Counted from the first letter of the stretch, positions 19,263-28,835 are shown. The stretch: 32,315 nucleotides of DNA from Eubacteriales bacterium (GCA_045645175.1 JAZRIH010000007.1:1-32315); one strand, 5' to 3'. The notes: generated by a model not told the origin, from the sequence alone. Numbers and translations: made by a program.

Positions 19263-20183
19263 TTATTTTTTGTCCCACTCGTGCTTGTTTTTCAGCACGT
19301 CGTAAAGGGCGGCAAAGGATGCGTGACGGCTATCGGGGATTCGTCCTGCCCGCTTTGCCGCAAGGATGGCGCAGCCTTCCTCTTTGGTGTGGGTGCATTT
19401 GGTGTATCGGCAACCGCCCAGCTCCTTCTCGATTTCGGGGAAGGTGTAGGGCAGGTCTTCTTTATCGAAAAAGTCGAAGCGGACGAAGTCCAGCATGGTG
19501 AAGCCGGGGGTGTCGGCAACCAGACCACCGTATTCGGTTTCGTAAAGGGTGACCGCACGGGTGGTGTGTCTGCCGCGGCTGATCTTACGGCTGACCTCGC
19601 CGGTGGAGAGAGCGAGGGAGGGGAAGAGGGCGTTGAGGAGGGTGGATTTGCCTACACCGCTGGCACCTGCAAAGGCACAAATGGGCATGCTCTCCTCGGT
19701 GGGGCGGAGCTTTTCTGCAAGGGTTTCTCGAAGGGCGTCCACGCCCAGACCTGCGGGGGAGTCGGTGACGAAAACGGTAAAGCCCACGCGGCGGTAGATC
19801 TCCGCCAGTTCATCGGCACGGGCGGGGTCCAGCTCTGCCTTGCTGATGATGGGAAGCACCTCGATGCCGTGGAAGGTGGCGATGGCGGTGAGCTTGTCCA
19901 CCGTAAAGAGGTCGGGAGCAGGCTTTGCCGTGGGGATCACCACAAACAGCAGGGTGAGATTGGCGAGAGGGGGACGGATGAGGGAATTTTTTCGCGGCAA
20001 AATATCGGCAAGGACATTGTTGCCCTTGTCGTCCTGATCGATGACTACCAGATCACCCACCAGAGGGGTGAGAGAGTCGTGGCGAAGTGCGCCCTTGGCG
20101 CGGCAAAAGATTCGCTCGTCTGCATTGGTTTTGATTTCGTAGAGACCGCCGGACGATCCCATGAGTCTGCCTTGAATTTCCAT
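19263..20183 (-). CDS. rsgA: Ribosome small subunit-dependent GTPase A
   Basis: LVGDLV, PRKNSLIRPPLAN, SKAEL, GASGVGKS, RGRHTTR, DTPGF, CRYTKCTHTKEEGC; ATG 20183 after GAGG. Confidence 0.96.
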   Translation of the reverse strand: MEIQGRLMGSSGGLYEIKTNADERIFCRAKGALRHDSLTPLVGDLVVIDQDDKGNNVLADILPRKNSLIRPPLANLTLLFVVIPTAKPAPDLFTVDKLTAIATFHGIEVLPIISKAELDPARADELAEIYRRVGFTVFVTDSPAGLGVDALRETLAEKLRPTEESMPICAFAGASGVGKSTLLNALFPSLALSTGEVSRKISRGRHTTRAVTLYETEYGGLVADTPGFTMLDFVRFDFFDKEDLPYTFPEIEKELGGCRYTKCTHTKEEGCAILAAKRAGRIPDSRHASFAALYDVLKNKHEWDKK

Positions 20184-20214
20184 GAATTCCTCGCTGATTT
20201 GGATAGATACATTC

Positions 20215-20290
20215 ATTTTACCACAAATTTTCGAAAAGAGCAAGCATTTTTCCAAAAACTCTTGCATCGGGGCAAGAAAAAATGTATAAT
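20215..20290. promoter_or_regulatory. Divergent sigma-A promoters (rsgA and PHP gene)
   Basis: Minus TTGCTC-17-TAAAAT (20215-20243); plus TTGCAT-17-TATAAT (20262-20290). Confidence 0.65.
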
Positions 20291-20318
20291 AGAAATATCA
20301 AAACGGGAGGTAACCCTT

Positions 20319-20987
20319 ATGAAAATAGATCTGCACGTTCACTCCTCCGACCTTTCCACCTGCGGAAAGCTCACCTCGGAGTTCACCATCGACCGCTACA
20401 TCGAGGCAGGCATCGACGGATTCGTCCTCACCAACCATTTCAACATGGATATGGCCAACCATTTCGAGCGCCACGGCATCCCCAAAGCCGATTATTTCAA
20501 GCATTACAAGTCCTGCTTTGAAAAGGCTCGGGCATACGGTGAGGAAAAGGGATTTTTGGTTCTGGGCGGTTACGAGCTTCGCTTTGTGGGCTCCTCCAAC
20601 GACTATCTGGTCTTCGGTATGCCCGACGAGGTTGCCGAAAACTGTCTGGAGATCTTCACCTGGGGACCCGAGAAATTCGGTCACTTTGCCCGCGAAAACG
20701 GCATCCTTTTCTATCAGGCGCACCCCTTCCGCAACCACATGAGAGTGGTCAGCCCCCGCGCCCTCTTCGGCATGGAGATCATCAATCGCAATCCCCGTCA
20801 CGACAGCCGCAACGACATCGCCAAGGCGTGGGCGGAGAAGTTCAATCTCCACAAGATCGCAGGATCCGACTGCCATCAGATCGAGGACATCGCTCTGGCA
20901 GGCATCGAGTTTGAAGGCAAGATTACTACCATAGACGAGCTTTGTCAAATTCTCCGAGAGGATCGGTACACGATTTATGAGCGCTGA
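20319..20987 (+). CDS. PHP-domain metal-dependent phosphoesterase
   Basis: IDLHVHS, LTNH, GYE, QAHPFR, GSDCH; ATG 20319 after GGGAGG. Confidence 0.88.
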   Translation: MKIDLHVHSSDLSTCGKLTSEFTIDRYIEAGIDGFVLTNHFNMDMANHFERHGIPKADYFKHYKSCFEKARAYGEEKGFLVLGGYELRFVGSSNDYLVFGMPDEVAENCLEIFTWGPEKFGHFARENGILFYQAHPFRNHMRVVSPRALFGMEIINRNPRHDSRNDIAKAWAEKFNLHKIAGSDCHQIEDIALAGIEFEGKITTIDELCQILREDRYTIYER

Positions 20988-22140
20988 ACTGGAACAATTG
21001 GAATCCTTGGTGCGCACCCACGGGAGCGTTCTGCGGAAAGTGGTCTTTTCCAAGCCCACCGATGCGGACACCGTGAAAGCCGAGGCAATCCCCGTGACCC
21101 TGCGGGGCGAAGTGGTGATGCAGATCAGCCGATACATGAAGGACGGCAAGGCGCTCCACGAAAACGTCACTCCCGATGCATTCCCCGAAAAGGTGCGGGA
21201 AATGGCGGAATCCTTCGGGCAGATCAATCTGCTGTCGGGTAGCGGTGAGGTGCAGGTTCGTTGCACCAAAAAGGGAAAATGGCTCTATTCGGGCAAAATC
21301 GCCGCCGATGCCAAGGTGGCGGAAGTCAAATCCCACAACAAAGAAAAACACTATCTCATTGACGCCGCCGAGCATAGCGCATTTTTGTCCCGACTGGGTG
21401 TGTGCGACGAAAACGGCAGAGTGTTTGATAAAAAGCGCGCGAAATACCGCCAGATCAATCGTTTCTTGGAACTGCTGGACGATGTGTACGGCAAGCTCCC
21501 TCAGGAGGGCAAGCTCACCGTCTGCGATCTTTGCTGCGGTAAATCCTATCTGACCTTTGCGGTGTACTATTATCTCACCGCGGTGAAGGGCAGAGAGGTG
21601 CATCTTTACGGCGTGGACCGCAAAGCCGATGTCATCGCCTACTGCAAGGAAACGGCGGAGCATCTGGGCTGTGAGGGCTTGGAATTCCTCGCCATGGACA
21701 TTATGGAGTTCGATCCCGGCACCGCCATCGATCTGGTGATCTCCCTCCACGCCTGCGACATTGCCACCGACATCGTTTTGGCCTATGCCATCAAGAAGCG
21801 GGCGAAGGTGATTTTGTCCACCCCTTGCTGTCATCACGAGCTTTTCCACACGGTGAAATCCGACGATGCCGATTTCATTCTCCGTCATTCCATTTTGGCG
21901 CAGAAATTCTGCGATGCCGCCACCGACAGTCTGCGACTCCTGCATTTGGAAGCGGCAGGCTACTCTGCCGAGGCGGTTGAGCTCATCGATCCTGAGGAAA
22001 CACCCAAAAACGTCATGCTCCGCGCCGTCCGCTCGGACAAGATCCAGCCCCACAAGAAAGAGATCGCCAAGCAGCGCCTCGCCGCCGCCGAGATCTTCCT
22101 AGGCTGCAAGCTGACTTTGAGCAAATTGTTAGAGGAATAA
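20977..22140 (+). CDS. Class I SAM-dependent methyltransferase
   Basis: KYRQINRFLE, DLCCGKSYLTF, GVD, SLHACDIATD, PCCHHE, TPKNVMLRA. Confidence 0.88.
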   Translation: MSAELEQLESLVRTHGSVLRKVVFSKPTDADTVKAEAIPVTLRGEVVMQISRYMKDGKALHENVTPDAFPEKVREMAESFGQINLLSGSGEVQVRCTKKGKWLYSGKIAADAKVAEVKSHNKEKHYLIDAAEHSAFLSRLGVCDENGRVFDKKRAKYRQINRFLELLDDVYGKLPQEGKLTVCDLCCGKSYLTFAVYYYLTAVKGREVHLYGVDRKADVIAYCKETAEHLGCEGLEFLAMDIMEFDPGTAIDLVISLHACDIATDIVLAYAIKKRAKVILSTPCCHHELFHTVKSDDADFILRHSILAQKFCDAATDSLRLLHLEAAGYSAEAVELIDPEETPKNVMLRAVRSDKIQPHKKEIAKQRLAAAEIFLGCKLTLSKLLEE

Positions 22141-22147
22141 ATAATAT

Positions 22148-22245
22148 ATGTGGGGCGTTGCCCCACGCCCCAGCAGGAACCTTTTGAAAAAGGTTCCTGC
22201 ACCTCCCAAACTTCTGAAAATGCCCCACAAATTCTTGTGGGGCAT
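22148..22245 (+). repeat. Repeat family B copy 2
   Basis: Three hairpins aligning with reverse complement of 7515-7613. Confidence 0.8.
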
Positions 22246-22277
22246 GAGTTTTATTAGACTTCCCCTTCAGCTGGATT

Positions 22278-22373
22278 CAGCCAAGGAAAGGGGTAGGGAG
22301 GAGCCGTCACCTGCGGTGACGGCGGAGGGAAGGGGAAAAACTTCGGCGTTTGAGATGGTTTTCCCCTTCCCTC
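22278..22373 (+). repeat. Repeat family A copy 4
   Basis: CAGCCAAGGAAA..gccgtcacc-tgc-ggtgacggc..gagggaaggggaaaa-ACTTCGGCGTTTGAGATGG-ttttccccttccctc. Confidence 0.9.
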
Positions 22374-22453
22374 GGTTTGGCATGGGACTTTTCGATACGC
22401 TCAAGGCGGCAAATACTTGCCGCCTTCTTTTATAATCTATCCCTCCACAACAA

Positions 22454-22477
22454 AACCCTCCGCAAATGCGGAGGGTT
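22454..22477 (-). terminator. Intrinsic terminator after lipoprotein 1
   Basis: aaccctccgca-aa-tgcggagggtt, T-run on minus strand. Confidence 0.7.
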
Positions 22478-22491
22478 CGTGTTAGAAATCT

Positions 22492-24651
22492 TTACTGCAC
22501 GTTGTACAGCTGGAATTCATACAGACGAATAGTGCCTGCACCGTTGTCAACGGTGTAACCCTTCAGCAGAATGTAGCGCGCAGTCTGCTCGCCTACGTTG
22601 AAGGATGCAACCTTTTCATTGTTATCGTAATCCTTCTGGTAGTCGATGGATACCCAGTTTTCCATGTCGTCGGAAATCAGGATCTCCCACTCGGTGGTGT
22701 TGCCGCCGGTTTCTGCCCATTTGGTGTTGTAAATGGTGTAGGTGTTGAAGGTGGTTTCCTTGCCCAGATCCAGAACGATCCACTGTGCGGTGCCATCCAG
22801 AGAGTACTTCTTGTTGGCAGCGGTGCCGGAGGTGGAGCACCACTTGGTGCCCAGTTTGCCGTCTACCAGACATTCGCCTTTTTCAGCGGCATTTACCTGA
22901 CCGGAAACCATGGGAACAGTCGCATTCAGCGCCAGATTTTCGCCTTCGGTTACGGGAGTTTCCAGTTTGGGTACGGTCTTATCGCCGGGATTCTTTTCAG
23001 TGAGCATAGGATAATCGGGGTTCACAACGCCGGGGAGGTTTTCGGTCATGAAGTGACCTTCGTAGTCAGCGAAGCCCTTGAAGTCCCATTCGCCGGACTT
23101 GAACTCTTCTGCGTACTTCTTACGGATATCTTCCATGCAGTCGTAGCCGGTTACTTCCTTGACGATCTTGTTGAACATGTTGTCTTTGTTGGTGGGATTG
23201 TCATCGCCGCCCTTCAGACGTCCTTGTTTGATCTCGTAGTTGATGGTGTCGATCAGACCGTTGACACGGTTGCCGTTTGCATCCTGAGTAGTGGGCCAAT
23301 GGTAGTCCATGTAAGCGAAGAACCATTTACAGCCGTTGCCGTAAGGACCGTAGGTGGTCTTGTCAATTTCGCTGGGCCAGTAATATACGGAATCTTCGCT
23401 CTTGTCAACCAACTGGATATAGTTGGCATCTGCCCAGTGGAAGTAACGGAAGCCGCCGTAGGTAGCCATGTTTTCGGTCCACCATGCGTCGTCGCCGTAC
23501 TTGAAGTCATACTGCTGTGCGTTGTGGGTCAGCTCGTGAGAGAAGAAGCCGATGTCGTGGGGATTTTCATTTGCGTACTTGGTTGCAACGGTAACGGTGT
23601 TGCCCATAGCGTATGCAACGCCGTTGTAAGTAACGTCCGCGTGGAAAATGATGGTGTTGGGCTCACCGCCGTAGCCCCATCTTGCGATCAGACGAGGATA
23701 TACGTTGTAGAACAGATCGATCATGTTCTGCTTGTAGTTGGGATCCTTGATCAGGTCCCAGTCGCCTGCCAGCATCAGATGGAACTTGTCGTTGCGGGGA
23801 TCGGAGCCTTCCTCGATGGTAATCGGGATGGACTTCAGGCACTTATTGCCGGCGATAAAATTGATGTAATACTTGCCGGGCTCAGCGGTGTAGGGAACGG
23901 TGAACTTAGCGGTACCTACGAAGCTGCCATCTTCAACCTGAGTGGGAACCAGATTCTTGTGATGGATGTAGCCGTCGTCGATGGAATTGGCCTGCTTGGT
24001 GAGGGATACCTTGTAGGTAACGGGCAGGGAGGTGTGGAAGCTTACGTTGATGAACTTACCGATCTGTGCAGTAACAGAGGTGTAGTCAACGGACATGTTC
24101 AGGGACAGCTCCTGATAGTATACAAAGAGTCTGCCTTCCTTGGTCTTCAGCTGAACGGCTGCACCCATGCAGGGGATTCTTCTCACCGAGTTCAGGTCCA
24201 TCTTCTTGTAGATTTCCTGCTTGGAATGGTCGATGCGGTAGAAAACGATCTTACCCTGATTGTAGTAGCGGGCGTAGTCGGGATTGTCCTCTTCGTTGGA
24301 GAGCATATCAACCAGTTCGTTGCCGCTTCCCATGAACTTGTAGATCTTGAAGTTCATGTTGGAGGGAATGGACCATTCTTCACCGGAGGTAACCATGGAG
24401 TAGCCGTCGTACTCTTCGGTCTTGGGCTCAGACTTTTCAACGACCAGCTTCGTGGTAGTGGTATCCACGTTGAGCTTTACGGTATGCTCAACAGAGCTGG
24501 AGGGGGGGAGGGAAATGTTGTTTTGGTTGGTGGTGGTGGCTGCGGTGGTTGTTTCAGCGGTGGTGGTGTCGGTAGGCTGCTCAGTGGATGCACAACCGGC
24601 GAAGCTGGTGAGCAACGTAGCGAGCAGCAAAAGGAACGCTGTTTTTTTCAT
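22492..24651 (-). CDS. Lipoprotein with basic-secretory-protein-type HEXXH metallopeptidase domain and C-terminal F5/8 type C (discoidin/CBM32-like) domain
   Basis: Lipobox FAGC, Thr-rich linker, GVAYA..SHELTHNAQ..WWTENMA, LVDGKLGTKW..WIVLDLG..ARYI..LYEFQLY. Confidence 0.85.
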   Translation of the reverse strand: MKKTAFLLLLATLLTSFAGCASTEQPTDTTTAETTTAATTTNQNNISLPPSSSVEHTVKLNVDTTTTKLVVEKSEPKTEEYDGYSMVTSGEEWSIPSNMNFKIYKFMGSGNELVDMLSNEEDNPDYARYYNQGKIVFYRIDHSKQEIYKKMDLNSVRRIPCMGAAVQLKTKEGRLFVYYQELSLNMSVDYTSVTAQIGKFINVSFHTSLPVTYKVSLTKQANSIDDGYIHHKNLVPTQVEDGSFVGTAKFTVPYTAEPGKYYINFIAGNKCLKSIPITIEEGSDPRNDKFHLMLAGDWDLIKDPNYKQNMIDLFYNVYPRLIARWGYGGEPNTIIFHADVTYNGVAYAMGNTVTVATKYANENPHDIGFFSHELTHNAQQYDFKYGDDAWWTENMATYGGFRYFHWADANYIQLVDKSEDSVYYWPSEIDKTTYGPYGNGCKWFFAYMDYHWPTTQDANGNRVNGLIDTINYEIKQGRLKGGDDNPTNKDNMFNKIVKEVTGYDCMEDIRKKYAEEFKSGEWDFKGFADYEGHFMTENLPGVVNPDYPMLTEKNPGDKTVPKLETPVTEGENLALNATVPMVSGQVNAAEKGECLVDGKLGTKWCSTSGTAANKKYSLDGTAQWIVLDLGKETTFNTYTIYNTKWAETGGNTTEWEILISDDMENWVSIDYQKDYDNNEKVASFNVGEQTARYILLKGYTVDNGAGTIRLYEFQLYNVQ

Positions 24652-24844
24652 TGATCAAACCTCTTTCTGAAAATTTCCGTATTCCGTATACGGTGGGGGC
24701 GGAGTAAAACTGTCAGCAGAAATTAAGTAAGGGAAAATCCATTGACAGAATTTGTTTGTACAAGTAGTATATCACAAAAGCAATAAATCTGCAATATGTT
24801 TAGCAAATTAGATTGAATTTTCTAAATAGTTCTGTAAAATCAGC

Positions 24845-24874
24845 AAAACCACCGCAGATTTGCGGTGGTTTTTT
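24845..24874. terminator. Intrinsic terminator between the paralogues
   Basis: aaaaccaccgca-gatt-tgcggtggtttt. Confidence 0.8.
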
Positions 24875-24883
24875 GGTTAAAAG

Positions 24884-27031
24884 TTATCTGTTATACAGCT
24901 GGAATTCGTACAGACGGATCGCACCGGTGCGGTTGCTGTCTACATTATAGCCGCGGAGCATAATGTAACGTGCGCTCTGGGTGCCGATGTCAAAGGATAC
25001 GATATCCTCGTCGCAGTCCACCTGATAATCCACGATCTTCCAATTGTGGCCGTCATCCGAGATGGAAATGGTCCATTCGGTCATGTTGGGCTGGTTTACT
25101 TGGGTCTTGGTGTTGTAGATGGTGTAGGTGTTGAAGGTCTTCTTCTCGCCCAGATCCATAACAATCCATTGCTTGGTGCCGTCCAGAGAGTAGGTCTTGT
25201 CCTTGGCAGTGCCTACGGAGGAGTACCATCTGGTGGTGAGATCGCCGTCGATGAGCTTTTCAGCTGCTTCGGTATCACTCGTCTGACCGGATTTCTGAGG
25301 AACGGTTGCGCCTGCCATCAGGTTTTCGCCTTCGGTGACGGGGGTGTCCAGTTTATCAGCGGTCTTGTCGCCGATGAGCTTATCGGTGATCATAGGATAA
25401 TTGGGATTGGGCACGCCGGGAAGATTTTCGGTCATGAAGTTGCCTTCGTAATTTGCAAAGCCATTGAAGTCCCAAGCGCCCGACTTGAAGTCTTCCTCGT
25501 ACTGCTTACGGATGTCCTCGATGCAATCGTAGCCGGTCACTTCCTTGACGATCTGGTTGAAGACGCTGTCCTTATCGTAGGGATTGTCTTCGCCGCCGGT
25601 GAGTCTGCCGCCCTTGATCTCGAAGTTGATGATGTCGATCAGACCGTTCACACGGTTGCCGTTTGCATCCTGGGTGGTAGGCCAACGATAGTCCATGTAA
25701 GCGAAGAACCACAGACAGCCGTTGCCGTAAGGATGCCAAGTGGTTTTGTCATCGCTGGGCCAGAAGTAGAGAGAGGAGTCATTCTTGTTATACTTCTTGA
25801 TCTGGTCGGCATAGCACCATTCAAAGTAACGGAAACGTCCGTAGGATGCCAGGTTTTCAGTCCACCAGCCGCCGTCGTATTTGAAGTTATACTGCTGTAC
25901 CGAGTGAGTCATCTCGTGAGAGAGGTAGCCAAGGTCTGTGGGGTTTTTGCTGGCGTAATCTGTGCTGACAACGATCTGCTGACCCGATGCATAGGCAACG
26001 CCGTTGTAGGTGGAGTCTGCGTGGAAGGTGATGGTCTTGGGCTCAGAGCCGGTGCCCCATCTTGCCATCAGACGGGGATATACCTCGTAGAACTGATCGA
26101 TCATGTTCTGCTTGTAGTCGGGATCGGTGATGTAATCCCAGTCGCCTGCCAGCATCAGATGGTAGGTGTCGCTGCGGGGGTCGGTGCCTTCCTCAATGGT
26201 AAAGGGGATGGACTGCATGCAAGAGCCATTGTTAATGAAATTGATGTAATAATTGCCGGGCTCAGCGGTGTAGGGAACGGTGAACTTAACGGTACCTACG
26301 TAGCTACCGTCCGCAGCCAGCTTGGGCACCAGATTCTTGTGATGGATGTATCCGTCATCGGTGGAGGAGGCAAGCTTGGTGACCGATACTTTGTAAGTAA
26401 CGGGAGCGGAGGAGTGGAAGGTGAAATTGATGAACTCACCCATCTTTGCGGTTACCGAGGAATAGTCGGAGCTCATGCGCACCTTGAATTCCTGATAATA
26501 AACAAACAGTCTGCCGGTGCGGGCATTGAACTGGATCACGGCGCCAAGGGATTTGAGTCCCTTCAGAGCGTTAACATTGGTCTTTTTGAAAACGCTGTCC
26601 TTGCTCTGATAATTGACACGGTAGCAGACGATCTTGTTGGTGTTGTAATACTTGAAGTATTCGGGATAATCATCCTCGTTGGACAGCATGGAGATCAGAT
26701 CGTCGCCGTTTCCAACGTAATCGTAGAGGGAGAAGTCGATTCCGGAATAAGCCGACCATTCTGCGCCCGAGGTGACCATGGAATAGTTGTCGTAGGTTTC
26801 GGTCGTGGGATTGGACTTTTGAACCACCAGCTTGGTAGAGGTCAGATCCTCGTTGAGTTTTACGTTGTGTTCTACGGAGCTGGAGGGAGGGGTGTTTGTG
26901 TTAGGCTGCGAAGTGGTGGTAGAGGCGGTGGTGGTGTCGGCAGGCTGCTCAGTAGACGTGCACGCTGTAAAGGCAGTCAGCGATGTCGTCAGTAGGCTAG
27001 CCAGCAGTAATAGGAGTGCTGTTTTTTTCAT
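24884..27031 (-). CDS. Tandem paralogue: HEXXH metallopeptidase/discoidin lipoprotein
   Basis: ATG 27031 after GAGGT; lipobox FTAC; SHEMTHSVQ..WWTENLA; colinear similarity with 22492-24651. Confidence 0.85.
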   Translation of the reverse strand: MKKTALLLLLASLLTTSLTAFTACTSTEQPADTTTASTTTSQPNTNTPPSSSVEHNVKLNEDLTSTKLVVQKSNPTTETYDNYSMVTSGAEWSAYSGIDFSLYDYVGNGDDLISMLSNEDDYPEYFKYYNTNKIVCYRVNYQSKDSVFKKTNVNALKGLKSLGAVIQFNARTGRLFVYYQEFKVRMSSDYSSVTAKMGEFINFTFHSSAPVTYKVSVTKLASSTDDGYIHHKNLVPKLAADGSYVGTVKFTVPYTAEPGNYYINFINNGSCMQSIPFTIEEGTDPRSDTYHLMLAGDWDYITDPDYKQNMIDQFYEVYPRLMARWGTGSEPKTITFHADSTYNGVAYASGQQIVVSTDYASKNPTDLGYLSHEMTHSVQQYNFKYDGGWWTENLASYGRFRYFEWCYADQIKKYNKNDSSLYFWPSDDKTTWHPYGNGCLWFFAYMDYRWPTTQDANGNRVNGLIDIINFEIKGGRLTGGEDNPYDKDSVFNQIVKEVTGYDCIEDIRKQYEEDFKSGAWDFNGFANYEGNFMTENLPGVPNPNYPMITDKLIGDKTADKLDTPVTEGENLMAGATVPQKSGQTSDTEAAEKLIDGDLTTRWYSSVGTAKDKTYSLDGTKQWIVMDLGEKKTFNTYTIYNTKTQVNQPNMTEWTISISDDGHNWKIVDYQVDCDEDIVSFDIGTQSARYIMLRGYNVDSNRTGAIRLYEFQLYNR

Positions 27032-27153
27032 GTGCAATACCTCGTTTTGTGAATTTCCGTATGCCAAATTTGGTTTGTGCAAATAGTATACCACAAACCA
27101 GTCCAATACGCAATACCTTTGTGAAAGTAGGCTGAAATTTTTATCGTCGCGGC

Positions 27154-27181
27154 AAAAAAACTGCCGCAAAATTGCGGCAGT
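27154..27181 (-). terminator. Intrinsic terminator after the flippase gene
   Basis: actgccgcaa-aa-ttgcggcagt followed by T7 on minus strand. Confidence 0.8.
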
Positions 27182-28746
27182 CAGGCAGAGGGGAGCGGAG
27201 AGGGGAGATTTTCCTTTCGTGTGATTTTCCCAATCGCCTTGGGAAGCGTCAGGAAGGCCACGTAAAGCAGAGCGATGATGATGATGTGCGCCGACAGCAC
27301 CCATCCATCGGTGGCGAAGGGGAGAGTAGCGGCAAAGATGAAGCGCGCCAGAGTGGTGGCGGCGAAAATGGCGAGGATGGGGCGTACCACCATCCACGGG
27401 GAAAGGCGGATGTTCAGCACGTCGATCAGGCGCATCACCGACAGAGAGGCGTTGATCAGCTCGCAGGCGAAGATCTCGATGATGTAACCGTAGATTCCCA
27501 CGCGGGGGAGCAAAAACAGCACGATGAGTACCGACATCGCCGCATCTAAAATGTTCACCCGCATACAAAAGAGCTGTTCGTCCAGCCCCTTGAGGATGCT
27601 GTCCACGGCGGTGTCCAGATACATGACCGGCACCAAGCGGGCTAAAAGTCCGATGTATTTCGCCGCCTCGGTGCTGTTGCAGATCACCTGCCCCAGCTCA
27701 CGGGAGAGGCAGAGGAAGATTCCCGCCGTGCCGATGCCCATGGCAAGGACGAAGTGAAAGACCCGCAGGGTGATCTGTTCCACACCCCGATGATCCTTCG
27801 CCGCCCGTTTTTCGGCAATCTCGGGGATGAGCAGATTGCAAAAGGGGGAGAGAAAGGCGTAAGGGAACATGATGATGGGTAGTGCCATTCCTTGCATCAG
27901 CCCGTAGGTGGAGAGGGCGGTGGTTTGGGAGTTGCCTTGCTTTTTCAGCCCCCACGGAATGAGGAGATGCTCGATGGTCACCAATCCCTGCCGCAGATAG
28001 GAGGAGAAGGCAACGGGGAGGGCAATGCCCAGGAGCTTTTTGCGCATGGGCGCGATCTCTCGCGGATCGGCAGAGCGTCCCCGATGGAATTTCCCCAGAT
28101 CCCGCAGATAAAGGACGAAGCAGTAGAGAAAGGAAAAGAGATTGCCCAGAACGCCTCCTGCCACCACCCATAGACAGGCGATCTCCAAGCCACCCGAGGT
28201 GAAGAGGGTGAGGAGGAGCATGGTTGCCCCGATGCGGAGGGCTTGCTCGAAGATCATGGTGAGGGCGTTTTTGCTCACCCGACGGACGGCGGTGAAGTAT
28301 CCGCTGAGGGCGGAGGTGAGGGCTTGAAAGGGAAGGGAGAGGGCGAGCAGACGCAGGGAGGGGATGGTGCGTGCATCCGAGAGCAGACTTTGCCCGATAG
28401 GCTGGGCAAGGACAAAGAGGAGCACTCCGGCAAGGAGTCCGAAGGAAAGGCTGTACAGGATGGACACTCGCATGGCGGCGAGGATGCGTCCGCTTTCTTT
28501 GGCAGGATCGCATTTGGCATCGCCCATGGCTTCGGAGACCAGTCGGGTGGATGCCAGCGTCACCGCCGAGGTGGCAAGGATGATGGCGAGCCCGTAGACC
28601 GTTCCCGTGAGGGTGAAGAGTCCCATGCCGTCTGCCCCCAGACGGTCGGTGAGATAGACGTTGAAATAGACCCCCGTGGTGCGCATGAGCAGCGACGTGA
28701 GGGTAAGCAGGAGGGTGTTTTTTAGAAATAGCTTGAATTTTGCCAT
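27181..28746 (-). CDS. spoVB: SpoVB-like MOP/MATE-superfamily flippase (polysaccharide biosynthesis protein)
   Basis: FLKNTLLLT..LMR..VYLTDRLGADGMGLF N-terminus, many TM helices, YGLMQGMALP, DSILKGL. Confidence 0.75.
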   Translation of the reverse strand: MAKFKLFLKNTLLLTLTSLLMRTTGVYFNVYLTDRLGADGMGLFTLTGTVYGLAIILATSAVTLASTRLVSEAMGDAKCDPAKESGRILAAMRVSILYSLSFGLLAGVLLFVLAQPIGQSLLSDARTIPSLRLLALSLPFQALTSALSGYFTAVRRVSKNALTMIFEQALRIGATMLLLTLFTSGGLEIACLWVVAGGVLGNLFSFLYCFVLYLRDLGKFHRGRSADPREIAPMRKKLLGIALPVAFSSYLRQGLVTIEHLLIPWGLKKQGNSQTTALSTYGLMQGMALPIIMFPYAFLSPFCNLLIPEIAEKRAAKDHRGVEQITLRVFHFVLAMGIGTAGIFLCLSRELGQVICNSTEAAKYIGLLARLVPVMYLDTAVDSILKGLDEQLFCMRVNILDAAMSVLIVLFLLPRVGIYGYIIEIFACELINASLSVMRLIDVLNIRLSPWMVVRPILAIFAATTLARFIFAATLPFATDGWVLSAHIIIIALLYVAFLTLPKAIGKITRKENLPSPLPSA

Positions 28747-28777
28747 GATAGATCCCCCACGATGGGTTTTTACAGAG

Positions 28778-28807
28778 ATTCTATGAAAAAAACTGCAAAA
28801 CTATGTC
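28778..28807 (-). promoter_or_regulatory. Sigma-E-like promoter of the spoVB-like gene
   Basis: Minus strand gacATAg..CATAGAAT with 16 nt between ATA and CATA. Confidence 0.5.
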
Positions 28808-28835
28808 AATATCTTGGAAGATTTTTCGGAGAAGA

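Noticed and set aside
19143-20318. Apparent 614-aa protein extending the PHP gene upstream
   Set aside because: The extension is antisense to rsgA; promoter and RBS point to ATG 20319
22384-22403. Complete IS element or MITE with terminal inverted repeats
   Set aside because: No matching second end, target duplication or transposase found in the window
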